Assembly (NCBI GenBank): GCA_041795785.1 | Contig: JBHBXR010000058.1 | Coordinates: 1 to 38,541 of the forward strand | Length of the DNA stretch: 38,541 bases | From: Mesocricetibacter sp. | GTDB taxonomy: Bacteria > Pseudomonadota > Gammaproteobacteria > Enterobacterales > Pasteurellaceae | Direction of reading: 5' to 3' | Shown here: positions 11,365 to 23,785 of the stretch, in pieces | Position numbering within the stretch: the stretch's first letter is position 1 | How the letters are laid out: each line of letters starts with the position of its first letter | The notes under the pieces: generated by a model | What the model was told of the DNA's origin: nothing | The model's database searches: none | The model's input: only the letters and a program-made list of their open reading frames with translations | Made by a program: the position numbers and the translations under genes

Positions 11365-11628
11365 TTGGCTAATATCAAGTCAGCAAAAAAACGCGCGGTA
11401 CAATCTGAAAAACGCCGTCAGCACAATGCAAGTCAACGCTCAATGATGCGTACTTACATTAAAAAAGTTTATGCAGCAGTAGCAACCGGTGACAAAGCGG
11501 CTTCTGAAGCAGCTTTCGTTGAAATGCAAAAAGTAGTGGATCGTATGGCTTCTAAAGGTTTGATCCACGCGAATAAAGCAGCAAACCACAAATCTAAATT
11601 ATCTGCTCAAATCAAAAAATTAGCTTAA
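11365..11628 (+). CDS. rpsT: 30S ribosomal protein S20
   Basis: The (M)[18 protein letters not shown]-terminus is obtained from the TTG at 11365, which lies 8 nt after an AGGAG Shine-Dalgarno. E. coli rpsT also uses UUG. The ORF-track start at 11359 is 2 codons upstream. Confidence 0.93.
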   Translation: MANIKSAKKRAVQSEKRRQHNASQRSMMRTYIKKVYAAVATGDKAASEAAFVEMQKVVDRMASKGLIHANKAANHKSKLSAQIKKLA

Positions 11629-11656
11629 TTGCTGTTTTTGAAAACTGAATAAAATT

Positions 11657-11684
11657 AAACCGCACTTTTGTAGTGCGGTTTTTT
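11657..11684. terminator. Bidirectional terminator built on a USS (rpsT / ytjB)
   Basis: AAACCGCACT-tttgt-AGTGCGGTTT followed by TTT. The 10-bp stem contains a USS core and an imperfect inverted copy. Confidence 0.8.
11659..11667 (-). repeat. Uptake signal sequence core (Hin-type)
   Basis: ACCGCACTT, in the rpsT terminator stem. Confidence 0.9.
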
Positions 11685-11693
11685 ATATTCTTT

Positions 11694-12377
11694 TCACGCT
11701 TTGAAACGTCTGCGACGGCGATGAAAATTTTGTACCGTATTCGGTTTGTTTTCTTTCGGCGGCGTTTCGATGTTCTCAAGCTGAACACGACGTGCGCGAC
11801 GGTAATGGCTTAAAAAATAATGTACGGAGCTGGCAAGCAAAATGCCGGCTAAAAATACCACGATAAGTTCGCCGTAAAGCTGGTGAAAAATCTGATCGAT
11901 TTTGTTCTGTGTAGTTTGTCCGTAGCGGGTGTCGAAGGTGACCCGAAGAAAGCCTTCAATCCCATTGGCGGAATAGATCGGCTCGACGATTTGCTGGGTG
12001 TCGCCGCTGTTTAACGGCTCTTCAGAACCTAATCCCAATCGATGGCGTAAATTCAGACTGTTACCGGTTTGTGCCAACAATTCGCCGTTATCGGCATAAA
12101 TTGACGCATCCAACAGAAATTTTTCTTTAGTCAGGTTTTCCAAGTTCTCCGTCAACTGCTCGGTTTTGGCATCATTAACCAACAACACGGCAAACAGATT
12201 CGCCTGTTGGCGGATTAGCAAGTGAGACAGATTGGAAACTTGGTTGATACTGGCAAGCTGCGAACCGATTTGGAACTGCTTGACACCGAATAGAATCACT
12301 GCCATCACGCCGATACAAAGGGCGATAATCACGATAAACATCACGGATTTAGCGATTTTTTCTTTGATTATTTGCAA
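11694..12377 (-). CDS. ytjB: Membrane protein of the YtjB/Smp (AhpA) family
   Basis: 227 aa with N- and C-terminal TM helices and a basic tail. Divergent from serB, like E. coli smp(ytjB)-serB. TTG start 7 nt after a GGGGA Shine-Dalgarno. Confidence 0.65.
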   Translation of the reverse strand: MQIIKEKIAKSVMFIVIIALCIGVMAVILFGVKQFQIGSQLASINQVSNLSHLLIRQQANLFAVLLVNDAKTEQLTENLENLTKEKFLLDASIYADNGELLAQTGNSLNLRHRLGLGSEEPLNSGDTQQIVEPIYSANGIEGFLRVTFDTRYGQTTQNKIDQIFHQLYGELIVVFLAGILLASSVHYFLSHYRRARRVQLENIETPPKENKPNTVQNFHRRRRRFKA

Positions 12378-12489
12378 ATTATTTTCCCCAAAAGGTTAAA
12401 ACAATATATGATTAGGGCGTGTCTTCATTTTGTTTTTGCACTGTTTTTTCAGGCAAAAAACACCAAAATATAAAATGAGGAAACGCCGT

Positions 12490-13488
12490 ATGACTTTATC
12501 ACAAAAATTAACCGGGATCTCTTATTTTATGCAATCACAGCCTGCTTCAATCATACAAAAATTTCCGTTATTTCCGACCGCACTTTTAGCGGAACAACCC
12601 GTTACACAAGGCAAAGATTATTTTATTTTATTCGGCAACCGATTAGATGCAGACCTGTTGGTGCAATTTCAGCAAAAGTGCGGTCAAAATTTTATGCTTT
12701 TTGACTGTTGGAACCAATTGAATAATATCGTTGTGCTATTGCGGGGCGAATGGCAGAGAGAATATATGCAACACGCCCATTCCTTGCAGTTGGATTTGGC
12801 GCCGTTAAATTTCCGCCCCCGTTTGCAGCAGGCTGGATTATTGGTGATGGATATGGATTCCACCGCCATTCAAATCGAATGTATCGATGAAATCGCTAAG
12901 TTGGCGGGAACGGGCGAATTGGTTTCGGCGATTACCGCCAGTGCGATGCGTGGCGAATTGGATTTCGAACAGAGTTTACGTCGTCGGGTCAGCACCTTGC
13001 AAGGCGCACCGGAAAGCATTTTACAACAAGTACGCGAAAATCTGCCGTTGATGCCGGGAGTGCAGGAAACGATTCGCGAATTAAAAAAATACGGTTGGAA
13101 AACGGCGATTGCCTCCGGCGGTTTCACTTATTTTGCCGATTATTTGAAAGAATTATTAGGTTTGGATGCGGCAGTGTCGAATCAATTTGAAATTGAAAAC
13201 GGCAAGCTGACCGGCAATGTGCAGGGCGATATTGTACACGCACAATATAAGGCGGACACGTTGCAGCGTTTAGCCGCCGAATTCGGTATTGCGCAGGCGG
13301 ATACCGTCGCCATCGGTGACGGAGCCAATGATTTGCTGATGATGGCTGCGGCGGATCTCGGCGCGGCTTTCCATGCCAAACCTAAAGTTCAACAACAGGC
13401 GCAAGTTGTGGTAAACTTCGCCGACTTTACGGCGCTGATTTGTTTATTGAGCGCCAATGACAGAGTTAAACGTTTAGAGGAGAAATAA
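12490..13488 (+). CDS. serB: Phosphoserine phosphatase
   Basis: HAD motifs are present (DMDST, ASGGF, GDGANDL). The ATG at 12490 follows a GAGGA Shine-Dalgarno by 8 nt. The ORF-track TTG at 12430 is probably an over-extension, and the ATG at 12529 is an alternative start. Confidence 0.9.
   Translation: MTLSQKLTGISYFMQSQPASIIQKFPLFPTALLAEQPVTQGKDYFILFGNRLDADLLVQFQQKCGQNFMLFDCWNQLNNIVVLLRGEWQREYMQHAHSLQLDLAPLNFRPRLQQAGLLVMDMDSTAIQIECIDEIAKLAGTGELVSAITASAMRGELDFEQSLRRRVSTLQGAPESILQQVRENLPLMPGVQETIRELKKYGWKTAIASGGFTYFADYLKELLGLDAAVSNQFEIENGKLTGNVQGDIVHAQYKADTLQRLAAEFGIAQADTVAIGDGANDLLMMAAADLGAAFHAKPKVQQQAQVVVNFADFTALICLLSANDRVKRLEEK
12577..12585 (-). repeat. Uptake signal sequence core (Hin-type)
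   Basis: ACCGCACTT, inside serB. Confidence 0.9.
12676..12684 (+). repeat. Uptake signal sequence core (Hin-type)
   Basis: AAGTGCGGT, inside serB. Confidence 0.9.
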
Positions 13489-13490
13489 TC

Positions 13491-13982
13491 ATGCCGTCAT
13501 TTGATATTGTATCTGAAATCACCATGCACGAAGTGCGTAACGCAGTGGAAAACGCTACCCGCGATTTGGCAAACCGTTGGGACTTCCGCAACGTACAGGC
13601 ATCCATCGAATTAAATGAAAAAAACGAAAGCATTAAACTGGCGACCGAATCGGATTTTCAGTTGGAACAGTTACTGGATATTCTGCGTAACGCCTGCATT
13701 AAACGCGGTATTGAATCCGCTTCTTTAGATGTTCCCGCCGATTATGAACACAGCGGAAAAACTTACAGCAAAGAAGTGAAGCTGAAACAGGGGATTGAAA
13801 CGGAAACTGCGAAGAAAATCACGAAATTGATCAAAGACAGCAAACTTAAAGTGCAGACGCAGATTCAAGGGGATCAAGTTCGGGTTACGGGTAAGTCGCG
13901 CGACGATTTGCAGGCGGTCATCCAATTGGTGAAAGGTGCGGAATTAGGTCAACCGTTCCAGTTTAATAATTTTAGAGATTAG
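13491..13982 (+). CDS. yajQ: YajQ-family nucleotide-binding protein (UPF0234)
   Basis: 163 aa. The N-terminus MPSFDIVSE and C-terminus [11 protein letters not shown] are characteristic of YajQ. GAGGAG Shine-Dalgarno upstream. Confidence 0.93.
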   Translation: MPSFDIVSEITMHEVRNAVENATRDLANRWDFRNVQASIELNEKNESIKLATESDFQLEQLLDILRNACIKRGIESASLDVPADYEHSGKTYSKEVKLKQGIETETAKKITKLIKDSKLKVQTQIQGDQVRVTGKSRDDLQAVIQLVKGAELGQPFQFNNFRD

Positions 13983-14020
13983 AATTTGTTGTTAAGCAAC
14001 AAATTTGTCTGTTACACCTA

Positions 14021-14056
14021 AAAATGCGCCGCTCAGAATGTCGAGCGGCGCATTTT
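14021..14056. terminator. Bidirectional terminator (yajQ / cysK)
   Basis: AAAATGCGCCGCTC-agaatgtc-GAGCGGCGCATTTT, a 14-bp perfect stem with flanking A and T runs. Confidence 0.85.
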
Positions 14057-14071
14057 ATCGCAATTCAAGTA

Positions 14072-15022
14072 TTAAGCTTCAATTCCCTCAAATAACGCCG
14101 TACTTAAATAACGTTCGGAGGCGGAAGGTAAAATAACTACGATAAGTTTATCGGCAAATTCAGGTAAGCGGGCGAGACGATCCGCCGCGGCTAATGCGGC
14201 GCCGGAGGAAATGCCGCCTAAAATCCCTTCTTCCGCCATTAAGCGACGGGCGGTGGCGATAGCGGTTTCGCTGTCCACGCGCTCTACACGGTCGATTAAA
14301 GACAAGTCCAAGTTTTTCGGAATAAAGCCGGCACCGATACCTTGAATTTTATGCGGCGCCGGTTTGACTTCTTCGCCCGCCAACGTCTGCGTAATCACCG
14401 GGCTTTCCGCCGGTTCAACGGCAACGGACAAAATTTGCTTGCCTTCGTCTTGTTTAATATAACGACTGACGCCCGTAATCGTACCGCCGGTGCCGACACC
14501 AGCGACCAACACGTCGATTTTGCCTTCGGTTGCCGTCCAAATTTCAGGACCGGTGGTTTGTTGATGGATTGCCGGGTTCGCCGGATTTTCAAATTGCTTT
14601 AAGGTAACATAGCGGTTCGGATCGGAGGCGGCGATTTCTTCCGCTTTGGCAATCGCCCCTTTCATGCCTTTGGCGCCCTCGGTTAATACCAAATTCACGC
14701 CTAAACCGCGTAATAAGCGTTTGCGTTCCTGACTCATGGTTTCCGGCATAGTCAGGGTGATTTTGTAACCGCGCGCGGCCGCTACATAAGCCAAAGCAAT
14801 CCCCGTATTACCGCTGGTGGCATCGACGATTTCTTTATCTTTGGTCAAAATGCCGTCTTTTTCCGCCTGCCACACCATATTGGCGCCGATACGGCATTTC
14901 ACGCTGAAACTTGGATTGCGGCTTTCGATTTTTACTACGATATTACCGTTGTTTCCGAAATTCTTTAAACGAACCAACGGCGTATTGCCGATGGAATAAG
15001 AGTTGTCTGCAAAAATAGTCAT
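14072..15022 (-). CDS. cysK: Cysteine synthase A (O-acetylserine sulfhydrylase)
   Basis: 316 aa with the PLP-lysine motif NPSFSVKCR and the GTGGT loop. Lies downstream of cysZ, as in E. coli. Confidence 0.96.
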   Translation of the reverse strand: MTIFADNSYSIGNTPLVRLKNFGNNGNIVVKIESRNPSFSVKCRIGANMVWQAEKDGILTKDKEIVDATSGNTGIALAYVAAARGYKITLTMPETMSQERKRLLRGLGVNLVLTEGAKGMKGAIAKAEEIAASDPNRYVTLKQFENPANPAIHQQTTGPEIWTATEGKIDVLVAGVGTGGTITGVSRYIKQDEGKQILSVAVEPAESPVITQTLAGEEVKPAPHKIQGIGAGFIPKNLDLSLIDRVERVDSETAIATARRLMAEEGILGGISSGAALAAADRLARLPEFADKLIVVILPSASERYLSTALFEGIEA

Positions 15023-15067
15023 ACTAATCCCCTTGTGTGTTTGATATTGAAGTGTCGTATTTTTATC

Positions 15068-15096
15068 ATAACTATTTGAATGTAAAAAATAGTTAT
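15068..15096. promoter_or_regulatory. AT-only palindrome upstream of cysK (ATAACTATT-N11-AATAGTTAT)
   Basis: Perfect 9-bp arms, 46-74 nt upstream of the cysK ATG and downstream of the cysZ stop. Candidate regulator site (for example a LysR-type CysB site) or a weak hairpin. Confidence 0.3.
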
Positions 15097-15128
15097 TGGA
15101 TATATTTTATAACCGAATGCTATTAGCT

Positions 15129-15983
15129 TTATTTGGAAACCATATCATTTCCCGTTTTCGGCACAATATTCGTGCCTTTGTGTTCACTGACTTCGGTAGA
15201 AAGTGCGGTTGATTTTTTTGTTGTTTTTGTATCTTGGGAGTATAACTGCTTGCGGTAGGTATCCACCCACATTGCCGTGGCACCGCACACCGCCACAGGA
15301 ATAATAACTAAATTGACAATCGGCGCAAACGTGCAAAGCGTCACCAAGGTGCCGAAAGTCAGACTTTGAGTACGGTTTTCCGTGAGTTTAAAACGCATGG
15401 TGTGAAAGGCGATTTTATGGTTATCAAACGGATAGTCGCAATATTGAATCGCCATCATCCATGCGGTAAATAAAAAGGTCAGCACCGGAATCACGGTCTG
15501 TCCGACTAAGGGAATAAAACCGAGTAAAAACAAACCGATAAATTTCGGTAAGCTGTAAACCAGTTTTTGCCATTCACGCCCCAGCATACGCGGAATATCT
15601 TTAATAAAATCCGCCATATTGGTTTCAACCAATACTTCGCCGGTCAGCATTCTTTCCACTTTTTCCGCCAATAAACCGTTAAACGGTGCGGCAATAAAGC
15701 CGGACAAGGTGGTGAACGCAAAATAGAAAACCAACAAAATCATTCCGACGGCAAAAATAAACAGAATGGAACTCAGCCAACTGAGCCAATCGGGAACAAA
15801 GTACATCACACTGTCAATCATATTGCTGATTTGTGTAATAAACAACCAAAATAAGCCGATTAACAAAACAATATTGAGTAAAATCGGCATAATTACAAAA
15901 CGGCGTAAACCCGGTTGGGTAATCAAATGCCAACCCATGACAAAATAATGAAAGCCCGAAACGGCTTCTTTTTCTTTTAACAT
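15129..15983 (-). CDS. cysZ: Sulfate transporter CysZ
   Basis: 284-aa membrane protein with CysZ blocks ([36 protein letters not shown]). Divergent from zipA, as in E. coli. Confidence 0.93.
   Translation of the reverse strand: MLKEKEAVSGFHYFVMGWHLITQPGLRRFVIMPILLNIVLLIGLFWLFITQISNMIDSVMYFVPDWLSWLSSILFIFAVGMILLVFYFAFTTLSGFIAAPFNGLLAEKVERMLTGEVLVETNMADFIKDIPRMLGREWQKLVYSLPKFIGLFLLGFIPLVGQTVIPVLTFLFTAWMMAIQYCDYPFDNHKIAFHTMRFKLTENRTQSLTFGTLVTLCTFAPIVNLVIIPVAVCGATAMWVDTYRKQLYSQDTKTTKKSTALSTEVSEHKGTNIVPKTGNDMVSK
15201..15209 (+). repeat. Uptake signal sequence core (Hin-type)
   Basis: AAGTGCGGT, inside cysZ. Confidence 0.9.
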
Positions 15984-16151
15984 TCGTGTTTCCTTATTAT
16001 TTTATTTGAATAGAAATTAGCATACAAAGTGTGGTGGAAAAAAGCAAATTTCAAGAGAAACAGATCCCTAAAGAATGAAAATATGATAAGCTAACGACAA
16101 TTTTGATGTCAGTTAGTCAATCGCTAGGTTGTTAAAATAGGGATGGTAACA

Positions 16152-17222
16152 ATGGATTTGAATACGATTCTGATTATTTTAGGCATAGTTGCCTTAATCG
16201 CATTAGTCGCCCACGGCTTATGGGCAAACCGTCGTGAAAAATCACAGTATTTTGAAAATGCCAACGTGTTTACGGCGGATTCCCGTCAAACGCCGCCGAC
16301 TACGGAACCTGTATCCGTCGTATCACATCAAACCGCCCATAGAGAGCAAACGCATAATCACTCCGAACAGACTGTGCAAAGCGCGCCGCATACTATAAAC
16401 GGCGCACAACATATTTATGAACAGGCATATTCTCAGCCTGTCGCTTCTGAAACGCAAGCGGAATATCAGACGGAACCGCAATCCGTCGAACAAATTAAAA
16501 TTCGTTTACCGGAAGAAAACCGACAAACGGAAAAACCGGCGCCGGTGTATCAAATGCGCTCCGATGAATATCGACAATCGCCGGTACAACAGCAGACGCA
16601 GGATATCACTTCCTTTACCATTGCCGATATAGAAACCAACGTCGATGAAGAGGAAGGAATCAACACGTCCGTTGAGCAATTACGCGTGCAGTTGCAGGAA
16701 GCGGCGCAAACGCCGACTTTCAGCCAATCGCCGCTCTCCCCGGTGCCGTTGCAACAGCCGTTGGAAAGCCACCCGCAAGTTGAAGAAACTGAGACGGAAG
16801 AGGAAACAACGGAAGAACCGCAAGAGCCGACATTCATTATGCTTTATGTCGTAGCGGCGGAAAACAGCCGATTCCAAGGCTCGGAATTGTCGCAAGCGTT
16901 GGAAGATCTAGGTTTTATTTTCGGCAAAGGCAGCATCTATCACCGCCATTTGGATTTAAGCGTAGCAAGCCCTATCTTATTCAGCGCTGCGAATATTAAT
17001 CAGCCGGGGACTTTCGATTTATACCGCTTGACCGAATTTTATACGGTGGGAATTGCGTTGTTTATGCAGTTGCCGTCGGAAGGTAATGATCGCGCCAATT
17101 TAAAAATGATGATTCGTGCGGCAAAAACGTTGGCGGAACAGTTGAACGGTTTCGTGTTGACAGAACAGCAGGAACTTTTCACCGAACAGGCGGAACAGGA
17201 ATATCTTGCCCGCGTAAAATAA
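16152..17222 (+). CDS. zipA: Cell division protein ZipA
   Basis: Has an N-terminal TM anchor (MDLNTILIILGIVALIALVAHGLW), a long P/Q/E/T-rich linker and a conserved FtsZ-binding C-terminal domain. The ATG at 16152 lies 8 nt after an AGGGA Shine-Dalgarno. The ATG at 16143 overlaps that Shine-Dalgarno. Confidence 0.92.
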   Translation: MDLNTILIILGIVALIALVAHGLWANRREKSQYFENANVFTADSRQTPPTTEPVSVVSHQTAHREQTHNHSEQTVQSAPHTINGAQHIYEQAYSQPVASETQAEYQTEPQSVEQIKIRLPEENRQTEKPAPVYQMRSDEYRQSPVQQQTQDITSFTIADIETNVDEEEGINTSVEQLRVQLQEAAQTPTFSQSPLSPVPLQQPLESHPQVEETETEEETTEEPQEPTFIMLYVVAAENSRFQGSELSQALEDLGFIFGKGSIYHRHLDLSVASPILFSAANINQPGTFDLYRLTEFYTVGIALFMQLPSEGNDRANLKMMIRAAKTLAEQLNGFVLTEQQELFTEQAEQEYLARVK

Positions 17223-17239
17223 CAAGTAAAAAACTCTGA

Positions 17240-19318
<2,079 letters not shown>

Positions 19319-19359
19319 TCCGCTTGGCGGTTGCATTTGGTTAAAACAGAGATGATGCT

Positions 19360-20667
19360 ATGGGAATATTGGAAGCGATTTTAATTTTAGTGGTGTTGAT
19401 CTTAATAAGTGCGGTCATTTCCTGCGCCGAAATTTCATTGGCGGGCGCACGACGGGTAAAACTGCAAGTGCTGGCGAATGAAGGCGATTTACGCGCGTTG
19501 GAAGTATTAAAGTTACAGGAAAAGCCGGGACGCTTTATCACCGTGGTACAAATCGGTTTAAATATGGTGGCGGTGTTCGGCGGTGTGGTCGGCGAAAGCG
19601 CCATCCGCCCGTATTTACAACAGTTACTCGCAACTTACAGTCAGGCGCAATGGCTGGAAAGCGCCGCATCCTGGTTGGCGTTTATTGTCGTCACCGCTTC
19701 TTTTATTTTGTTGGCGGATTTAATTCCGAAGCGTTTAGCGCTGACCAATCCGGAAAAAATGGCGTTGCGTACCGTGCGTATCATGACTTTTTGTATCTTT
19801 CTTTTTAAACCGATCGTATGGATATTTGATACTCTCGCCAACGGCTTGTTCCGTTTGTTCAAAATTTCAACGGTACGGGAAGAGAATATGACGCCGGAGG
19901 ACATTGTCGCGATTGTCGATGCAGGCGCCGAAGCGGGCGTGTTAAAAGCGCAAGAGCATTATCTGATTGAAAATATTTTCGATATGCAGGCGCGTACCGT
20001 CACATCGACGATGACGACGCGCGAAAACATCGTCTTTTTGGACCGCACTTTTGACCGTCAGGCGGTGTTGGAAACGCTGACTCAAAACTCTCATTCCAAA
20101 CTGCTGATTTGCGATAACGGATTGGATAAAATCCTCGGTTATGTGGAGTCACACACTCTTTTAACCTGTTATTTGCAAGAAGAAAACGTGAAATTGACGG
20201 ACAGCCGCGTGTTGCGCAAAGCCTTGTTTATTCCGGACACTCTCTCGCTGTTTGAAGTGCTTGAGCTGTTTAAGTCCTCAGGGGAAGACTTTGCGGTCAT
20301 TATCAATGAATATGCTTTGGTGGTCGGCATTGTGACGCTTAATGACGTGATGAGTATTGTGATGGGCGAATTGGTTTCCAGTGAGGAGGAACAAATTGTG
20401 CGCCGCGATGAAGATTCATGGCTGATTGACGGTTCCACGCCCCTTGAAGACGTGATGCGTGCGTTGGATATCGAATCGTTCCCCAATCAGGAAAACTACG
20501 AGACCATCAGCGGTTTTATGATGTATATGCTACGAAAAGTGCCGAAAAAGACGGATTTTGTTTTGTATGAACAATATAAATTCGAGATCATCGACACCGA
20601 AAATTTTAAAATCGATCAGTTAATGGTGTCTTTGCGTAAGGATACAAATAAAGAGAACAAACAGTAA
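19360..20667 (+). CDS. ytfL: CNNM/HlyC-CorC family membrane protein (DUF21 + CBS pair + CorC_HlyC), YtfL/PaeA-like
   Basis: 435 aa, colinear with E. coli YtfL (VVQIGLN, GEDFAVIINEYALVVGIVTLNDVM, WLIDGSTPLEDVMRALDI, YETISGFMMYMLRKVPK). Confidence 0.88.
   Translation: MGILEAILILVVLILISAVISCAEISLAGARRVKLQVLANEGDLRALEVLKLQEKPGRFITVVQIGLNMVAVFGGVVGESAIRPYLQQLLATYSQAQWLESAASWLAFIVVTASFILLADLIPKRLALTNPEKMALRTVRIMTFCIFLFKPIVWIFDTLANGLFRLFKISTVREENMTPEDIVAIVDAGAEAGVLKAQEHYLIENIFDMQARTVTSTMTTRENIVFLDRTFDRQAVLETLTQNSHSKLLICDNGLDKILGYVESHTLLTCYLQEENVKLTDSRVLRKALFIPDTLSLFEVLELFKSSGEDFAVIINEYALVVGIVTLNDVMSIVMGELVSSEEEQIVRRDEDSWLIDGSTPLEDVMRALDIESFPNQENYETISGFMMYMLRKVPKKTDFVLYEQYKFEIIDTENFKIDQLMVSLRKDTNKENKQ
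19407..19415 (+). repeat. Uptake signal sequence core (Hin-type)
   Basis: AAGTGCGGT, inside ytfL. Confidence 0.9.
20042..20050 (-). repeat. Uptake signal sequence core (Hin-type)
   Basis: ACCGCACTT, inside ytfL. Confidence 0.9.
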
Positions 20668-20691
20668 CTCTGTTTTGCCGATTATGTCGCA

Positions 20692-20700
20692 AAGTGCGGT
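20692..20700 (+). repeat. Uptake signal sequence core (Hin-type)
   Basis: AAGTGCGGT followed by CGGTTTTT, downstream of ytfL. Confidence 0.9.
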
Positions 20701-20722
20701 CGGTTTTTATGCAATTTTCTGC

Positions 20723-20751
20723 TTGTACTTTCATTTCGAACTCTGTATAAT
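20723..20751 (+). promoter_or_regulatory. Candidate rpsF operon promoter
   Basis: TTGTAC, a 17-nt spacer, then a consensus TATAAT. This predicts a leader of about 90 nt. Confidence 0.6.
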
Positions 20752-20761
20752 CCGCACCTTG

Positions 20762-20809
20762 CAGTCACATTCCAATTTTCGTTCCTTGCTTCCGCAAGAT
20801 TGGTGACTG
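20762..20809 (+). promoter_or_regulatory. Structured rpsF 5' leader hairpin (candidate S6:S18 autoregulatory element)
   Basis: Nested pairing: CAGTCA/TGACTG, CCAAT/ATTGG, internal loop TTTCGTTC, apical CTTGC-ttcc-GCAAG. Lies between the promoter and the Shine-Dalgarno. Confidence 0.5.
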
Positions 20810-20849
20810 GTCTTACAGTCGGAGGCTGATTAACCCGTAAGGAGCAGTA

Positions 20850-21227
20850 ATGCGTCACTACGAAATCGTGTTTATGGTTCATCCGGACCAAAGCGAACAA
20901 GTACCCGGCATGATTGAACGTTATACAGGTTCTGTTAAAGAAGCTGGCGGTCAAATTCATCGCCTAGAAGATTGGGGTCGTCGTCAATTAGCATACCCAA
21001 TCAATAAATTACACAAAGCACATTATGTGCTTATGAATGTAGAAGCGCCTCAAGAAGTCATCGACGAGCTAGAAACAACTTTCCGTTACAACGACGCAAT
21101 TCTTCGTAACGTAATTATTCGTACTAAGCACGCCGTAACAGAAGCGTCCCCAATGGTTAAAGCGAAAGACGAACGTCGCGCTTCAGCTGAAGTTGAAAAC
21201 AACGATTTTGAGGATGCTGAAGAGTAA
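20850..21227 (+). CDS. rpsF: 30S ribosomal protein S6
   Basis: Starts [17 protein letters not shown] and has an acidic C-terminal tail. AAGGAG Shine-Dalgarno upstream. First gene of the rpsF-priB-rpsR-rplI operon. Confidence 0.97.
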   Translation: MRHYEIVFMVHPDQSEQVPGMIERYTGSVKEAGGQIHRLEDWGRRQLAYPINKLHKAHYVLMNVEAPQEVIDELETTFRYNDAILRNVIIRTKHAVTEASPMVKAKDERRASAEVENNDFEDAEE

Positions 21228-21540
21228 TTTGAAAATTGATAACCGTTTTTCGCTTATCGGTCAGGTGACGGATACGCCGAAACGGACAAAAAGCCCTAAC
21301 GGAATCGAACACTGCCGAATTTGGCTGGAGCATCGTTCCGAACAAACCGAAGCGGGATTTAGCCGCCAAGCGTGGTGTAAAATACCGGTTCAGATTAGCG
21401 GCAATCAATTAATTCAAAAAACTCAAAGCATTACGGTCGGCAGTAAATTGTTGGTGGCGGGCTTTATCAGCACGCATAAAACCGCAAACGGTTTAAGCCA
21501 ATTAGTGTTACACGCCGAGCAAATCGAATTTATAGATTAG
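21214..21540 (+). CDS. priB: Primosomal replication protein N (PriB)
   Basis: OB-fold PriB-like sequence ([18 protein letters not shown]) in the conserved position between rpsF and rpsR. The start is uncertain: ATG 21214 overlaps the rpsF end, and the alternatives are TTG 21193 or TTG 21229. Confidence 0.85.
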   Translation: MLKSNLKIDNRFSLIGQVTDTPKRTKSPNGIEHCRIWLEHRSEQTEAGFSRQAWCKIPVQISGNQLIQKTQSITVGSKLLVAGFISTHKTANGLSQLVLHAEQIEFID

Positions 21541-21780
<240 letters not shown>

Positions 21781-21798
21781 TTAGGAGAGGATTCGGTA

Positions 21799-22248
21799 AT
21801 GCAAGTAATTCTTTTAGATAAAATTGCTCACTTAGGTAACGTGGGCGATCAAGTAAATGTTAAATCAGGTTTTGCACGTAACTTCTTGATCCCGCAAGGT
21901 AAAGCAGTTATGGCAACCAAAGCCAATATTGAGCATTTCGAAGCACGTCGCGCTGAATTGGAAGCGAAAGCGGCTGCAGCGTTAGCTGAAGCGCAAACCC
22001 GCGCAGCGCAATTAACGGCGTTAGGCTCAGTCACCATCGCTTCTAAAGCGGGTGATGAAGGTCGTTTATTCGGTTCTATCACTACGCGTGATGTCGCCGA
22101 AGCAGTCACTGTCGCAGGCGTTGAAGTCGCGAAAAGCGAAGTTCGTTTATCCACCGGTCCGATTCGTACCCTTGGTGATCACGACGTTAAATTCCAACTT
22201 CACGGCGAAGTATTCGCAACATTGAACGTTATCGTTGTTGCAGAATAA
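21799..22248 (+). CDS. rplI: 50S ribosomal protein L9
   Basis: Starts [36 protein letters not shown] and is 149 aa. AGGAG Shine-Dalgarno upstream. Confidence 0.97.
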   Translation: MQVILLDKIAHLGNVGDQVNVKSGFARNFLIPQGKAVMATKANIEHFEARRAELEAKAAAALAEAQTRAAQLTALGSVTIASKAGDEGRLFGSITTRDVAEAVTVAGVEVAKSEVRLSTGPIRTLGDHDVKFQLHGEVFATLNVIVVAE

Positions 22249-22270
22249 TTTATCAATGAATTGATATCGG

Positions 22271-22300
22271 AAAGCCCGGCTATTGCTGGGCTTTTTTTTT
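22271..22300 (+). terminator. Intrinsic terminator after rplI
   Basis: AGCCCGG-ctattg-CTGGGCT (one G-U pair) followed by T9. Confidence 0.85.
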
Positions 22301-22348
22301 AACTTTTGCTATGCTAAGCACAATTTAATTTTTAACGAGCAAACGATC

Positions 22349-23143
22349 ATGTCCCATTCCGAAAATCTCCGACAAAACCAACCGCACTTTTCATCGCAAA
22401 ACGAAGAAACCACTCATTTCGGTTTTAAAACCGTCGCCAAGGGCGAAAAGCAGAAAATGGTGGCGCAGGTTTTTCATTCCGTAGCGGCAAAATATGATTT
22501 AATGAATGACCTGCTTTCATTCGGTATTCATCGCGTTTGGAAACGTTTTACCATCGATTGCAGCGGTGTGCGTAAAGGGCATAAAGTGCTTGATTTGGCA
22601 GGCGGCACGGGGGATTTTACGGCGAAGTTTTCCCGCATGGTCGGTGAAAAAGGTGAAGTGATTCTTGCTGATATCAATTCTTCAATGTTGGAAGTGGGAC
22701 GCGATAAATTGCGTAATTTGGGCGTAGTCGGCAATGTAAATTATGTGCAAGCGAATGCGGAAGCGCTGCCTTTTCCGGATAATACCTTTGATTGCGTGAT
22801 TATCAGTTTCGGCTTGCGCAACGTCACGGACAAAGACAAAGCGTTGCGTTCGATGTATCGCGTATTAAAACCGGGCGGGCGTTTGCTGGTATTGGAATTT
22901 TCCAAACCGATTTTAGATCCGTTAAGTAAAGTTTATAATTTTTATTCTTTTAATATTTTGCCGAAAATCGGCGAAGTGGTGGTAAATGACGGCGACAGTT
23001 ACCGTTATCTGGCGGAATCCATCCGAATGCACCCTGAGCAGGACATATTGAAAGAAATGATGGATGACGCGGGGTTTGAACAAGTCAGTTACTACAATCT
23101 CAGTGCCGGTATTGTAGCATTGCACCGCGGTTATAAATTTTAA
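22349..23143 (+). CDS. ubiE: Ubiquinone/menaquinone biosynthesis C-methyltransferase
   Basis: SAM motif [10 protein letters not shown] plus UbiE blocks ([21 protein letters not shown]). ATG at 22349. The ORF-track TTG at 22283 lies inside the rplI terminator. Confidence 0.93.
   Translation: MSHSENLRQNQPHFSSQNEETTHFGFKTVAKGEKQKMVAQVFHSVAAKYDLMNDLLSFGIHRVWKRFTIDCSGVRKGHKVLDLAGGTGDFTAKFSRMVGEKGEVILADINSSMLEVGRDKLRNLGVVGNVNYVQANAEALPFPDNTFDCVIISFGLRNVTDKDKALRSMYRVLKPGGRLLVLEFSKPILDPLSKVYNFYSFNILPKIGEVVVNDGDSYRYLAESIRMHPEQDILKEMMDDAGFEQVSYYNLSAGIVALHRGYKF
22381..22389 (-). repeat. Uptake signal sequence core (Hin-type)
   Basis: ACCGCACTT, inside ubiE. Confidence 0.9.
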
Positions 23144-23152
23144 GGAATCCTT

Positions 23153-23785
23153 ATGTTCCCCGATTTCAATACCTTAAAACAACAGCTGATGTTGCCGCAA
23201 CTGCTTAACGGCGGTTTGGAAACGGCGTTGAACGAATTGCTCCGCCGTACGGAACACTGTGATCCCTATTTGCGTAAATTAAGCGATAAAGTGTTAGCGG
23301 TACATTTTCAACGCCTTGATTTACAGCTTTATTTTATTTTTTCCGCACAACGGATTGATTTATTGCACCAATATGAAGGCGTATCCGATTGCGCAGTAGA
23401 TGTGGCCCCAGGTTTATTGTTGAAATTCCCTAAAAAAAACGAGCTAAGTCAATATATTAACGATAAATCCATTGTTTTGAACGGGGATTTGCAAGTATTG
23501 CAGGACTTTGTCGCTTTGATTGAGTTTCTGGAAAAAGATCCGGCCGAACTGCTTTCTTATTATATCGGCGATGTCGCGGCATACAGCGCTGTGGATTTCG
23601 GGCGTAAATTGATGAATGACTTTAAGTCTAAAACAACGCAGAGCCAACGATATTGGGGAGAACGTTTGACCGAAGAATACGAATTGATTGCGCCGAGTTT
23701 GGCGATTGCCGATTTTTGTGATCAAGTAAAAACGCTTGAAAAACAAACCGCACTTTTAGAACGAAAAATTAAAAATCTAGCCTGA
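23153..23785 (+). CDS. ubiJ: Ubiquinone biosynthesis accessory factor UbiJ (SCP2 domain, YigP)
   Basis: 210 aa, colinear with E. coli UbiJ ([33 protein letters not shown]). Conserved ubiE-ubiJ-ubiB order, with a 1-nt overlap with ubiB. Confidence 0.85.
   Translation: MFPDFNTLKQQLMLPQLLNGGLETALNELLRRTEHCDPYLRKLSDKVLAVHFQRLDLQLYFIFSAQRIDLLHQYEGVSDCAVDVAPGLLLKFPKKNELSQYINDKSIVLNGDLQVLQDFVALIEFLEKDPAELLSYYIGDVAAYSAVDFGRKLMNDFKSKTTQSQRYWGERLTEEYELIAPSLAIADFCDQVKTLEKQTALLERKIKNLA
23747..23755 (-). repeat. Uptake signal sequence core (Hin-type)
   Basis: ACCGCACTT, inside ubiJ. Confidence 0.9.

Noticed and set aside
12430-12489. Long N-terminal extensions in the ORF track (serB 12430, ligA 17261, ubiE 22283, tatA 25427, lsrB 34727, lsrK 29994, lsrR 31017, GNAT 6178)
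   Set aside because: Each extension starts at a non-ATG or Shine-Dalgarno-less codon, overlaps a terminator, USS or upstream gene, and adds residues absent from the conserved family N-termini. In each case an internal ATG with a good Shine-Dalgarno was chosen instead.
16417-16895. Cluster of 69-95-aa ORFs in several frames within zipA
   Set aside because: They fall in the repetitive P/Q/E/T-rich ZipA linker, where biased composition keeps alternative frames open. Their products are Arg/Lys- or Cys/Ser-rich nonsense.
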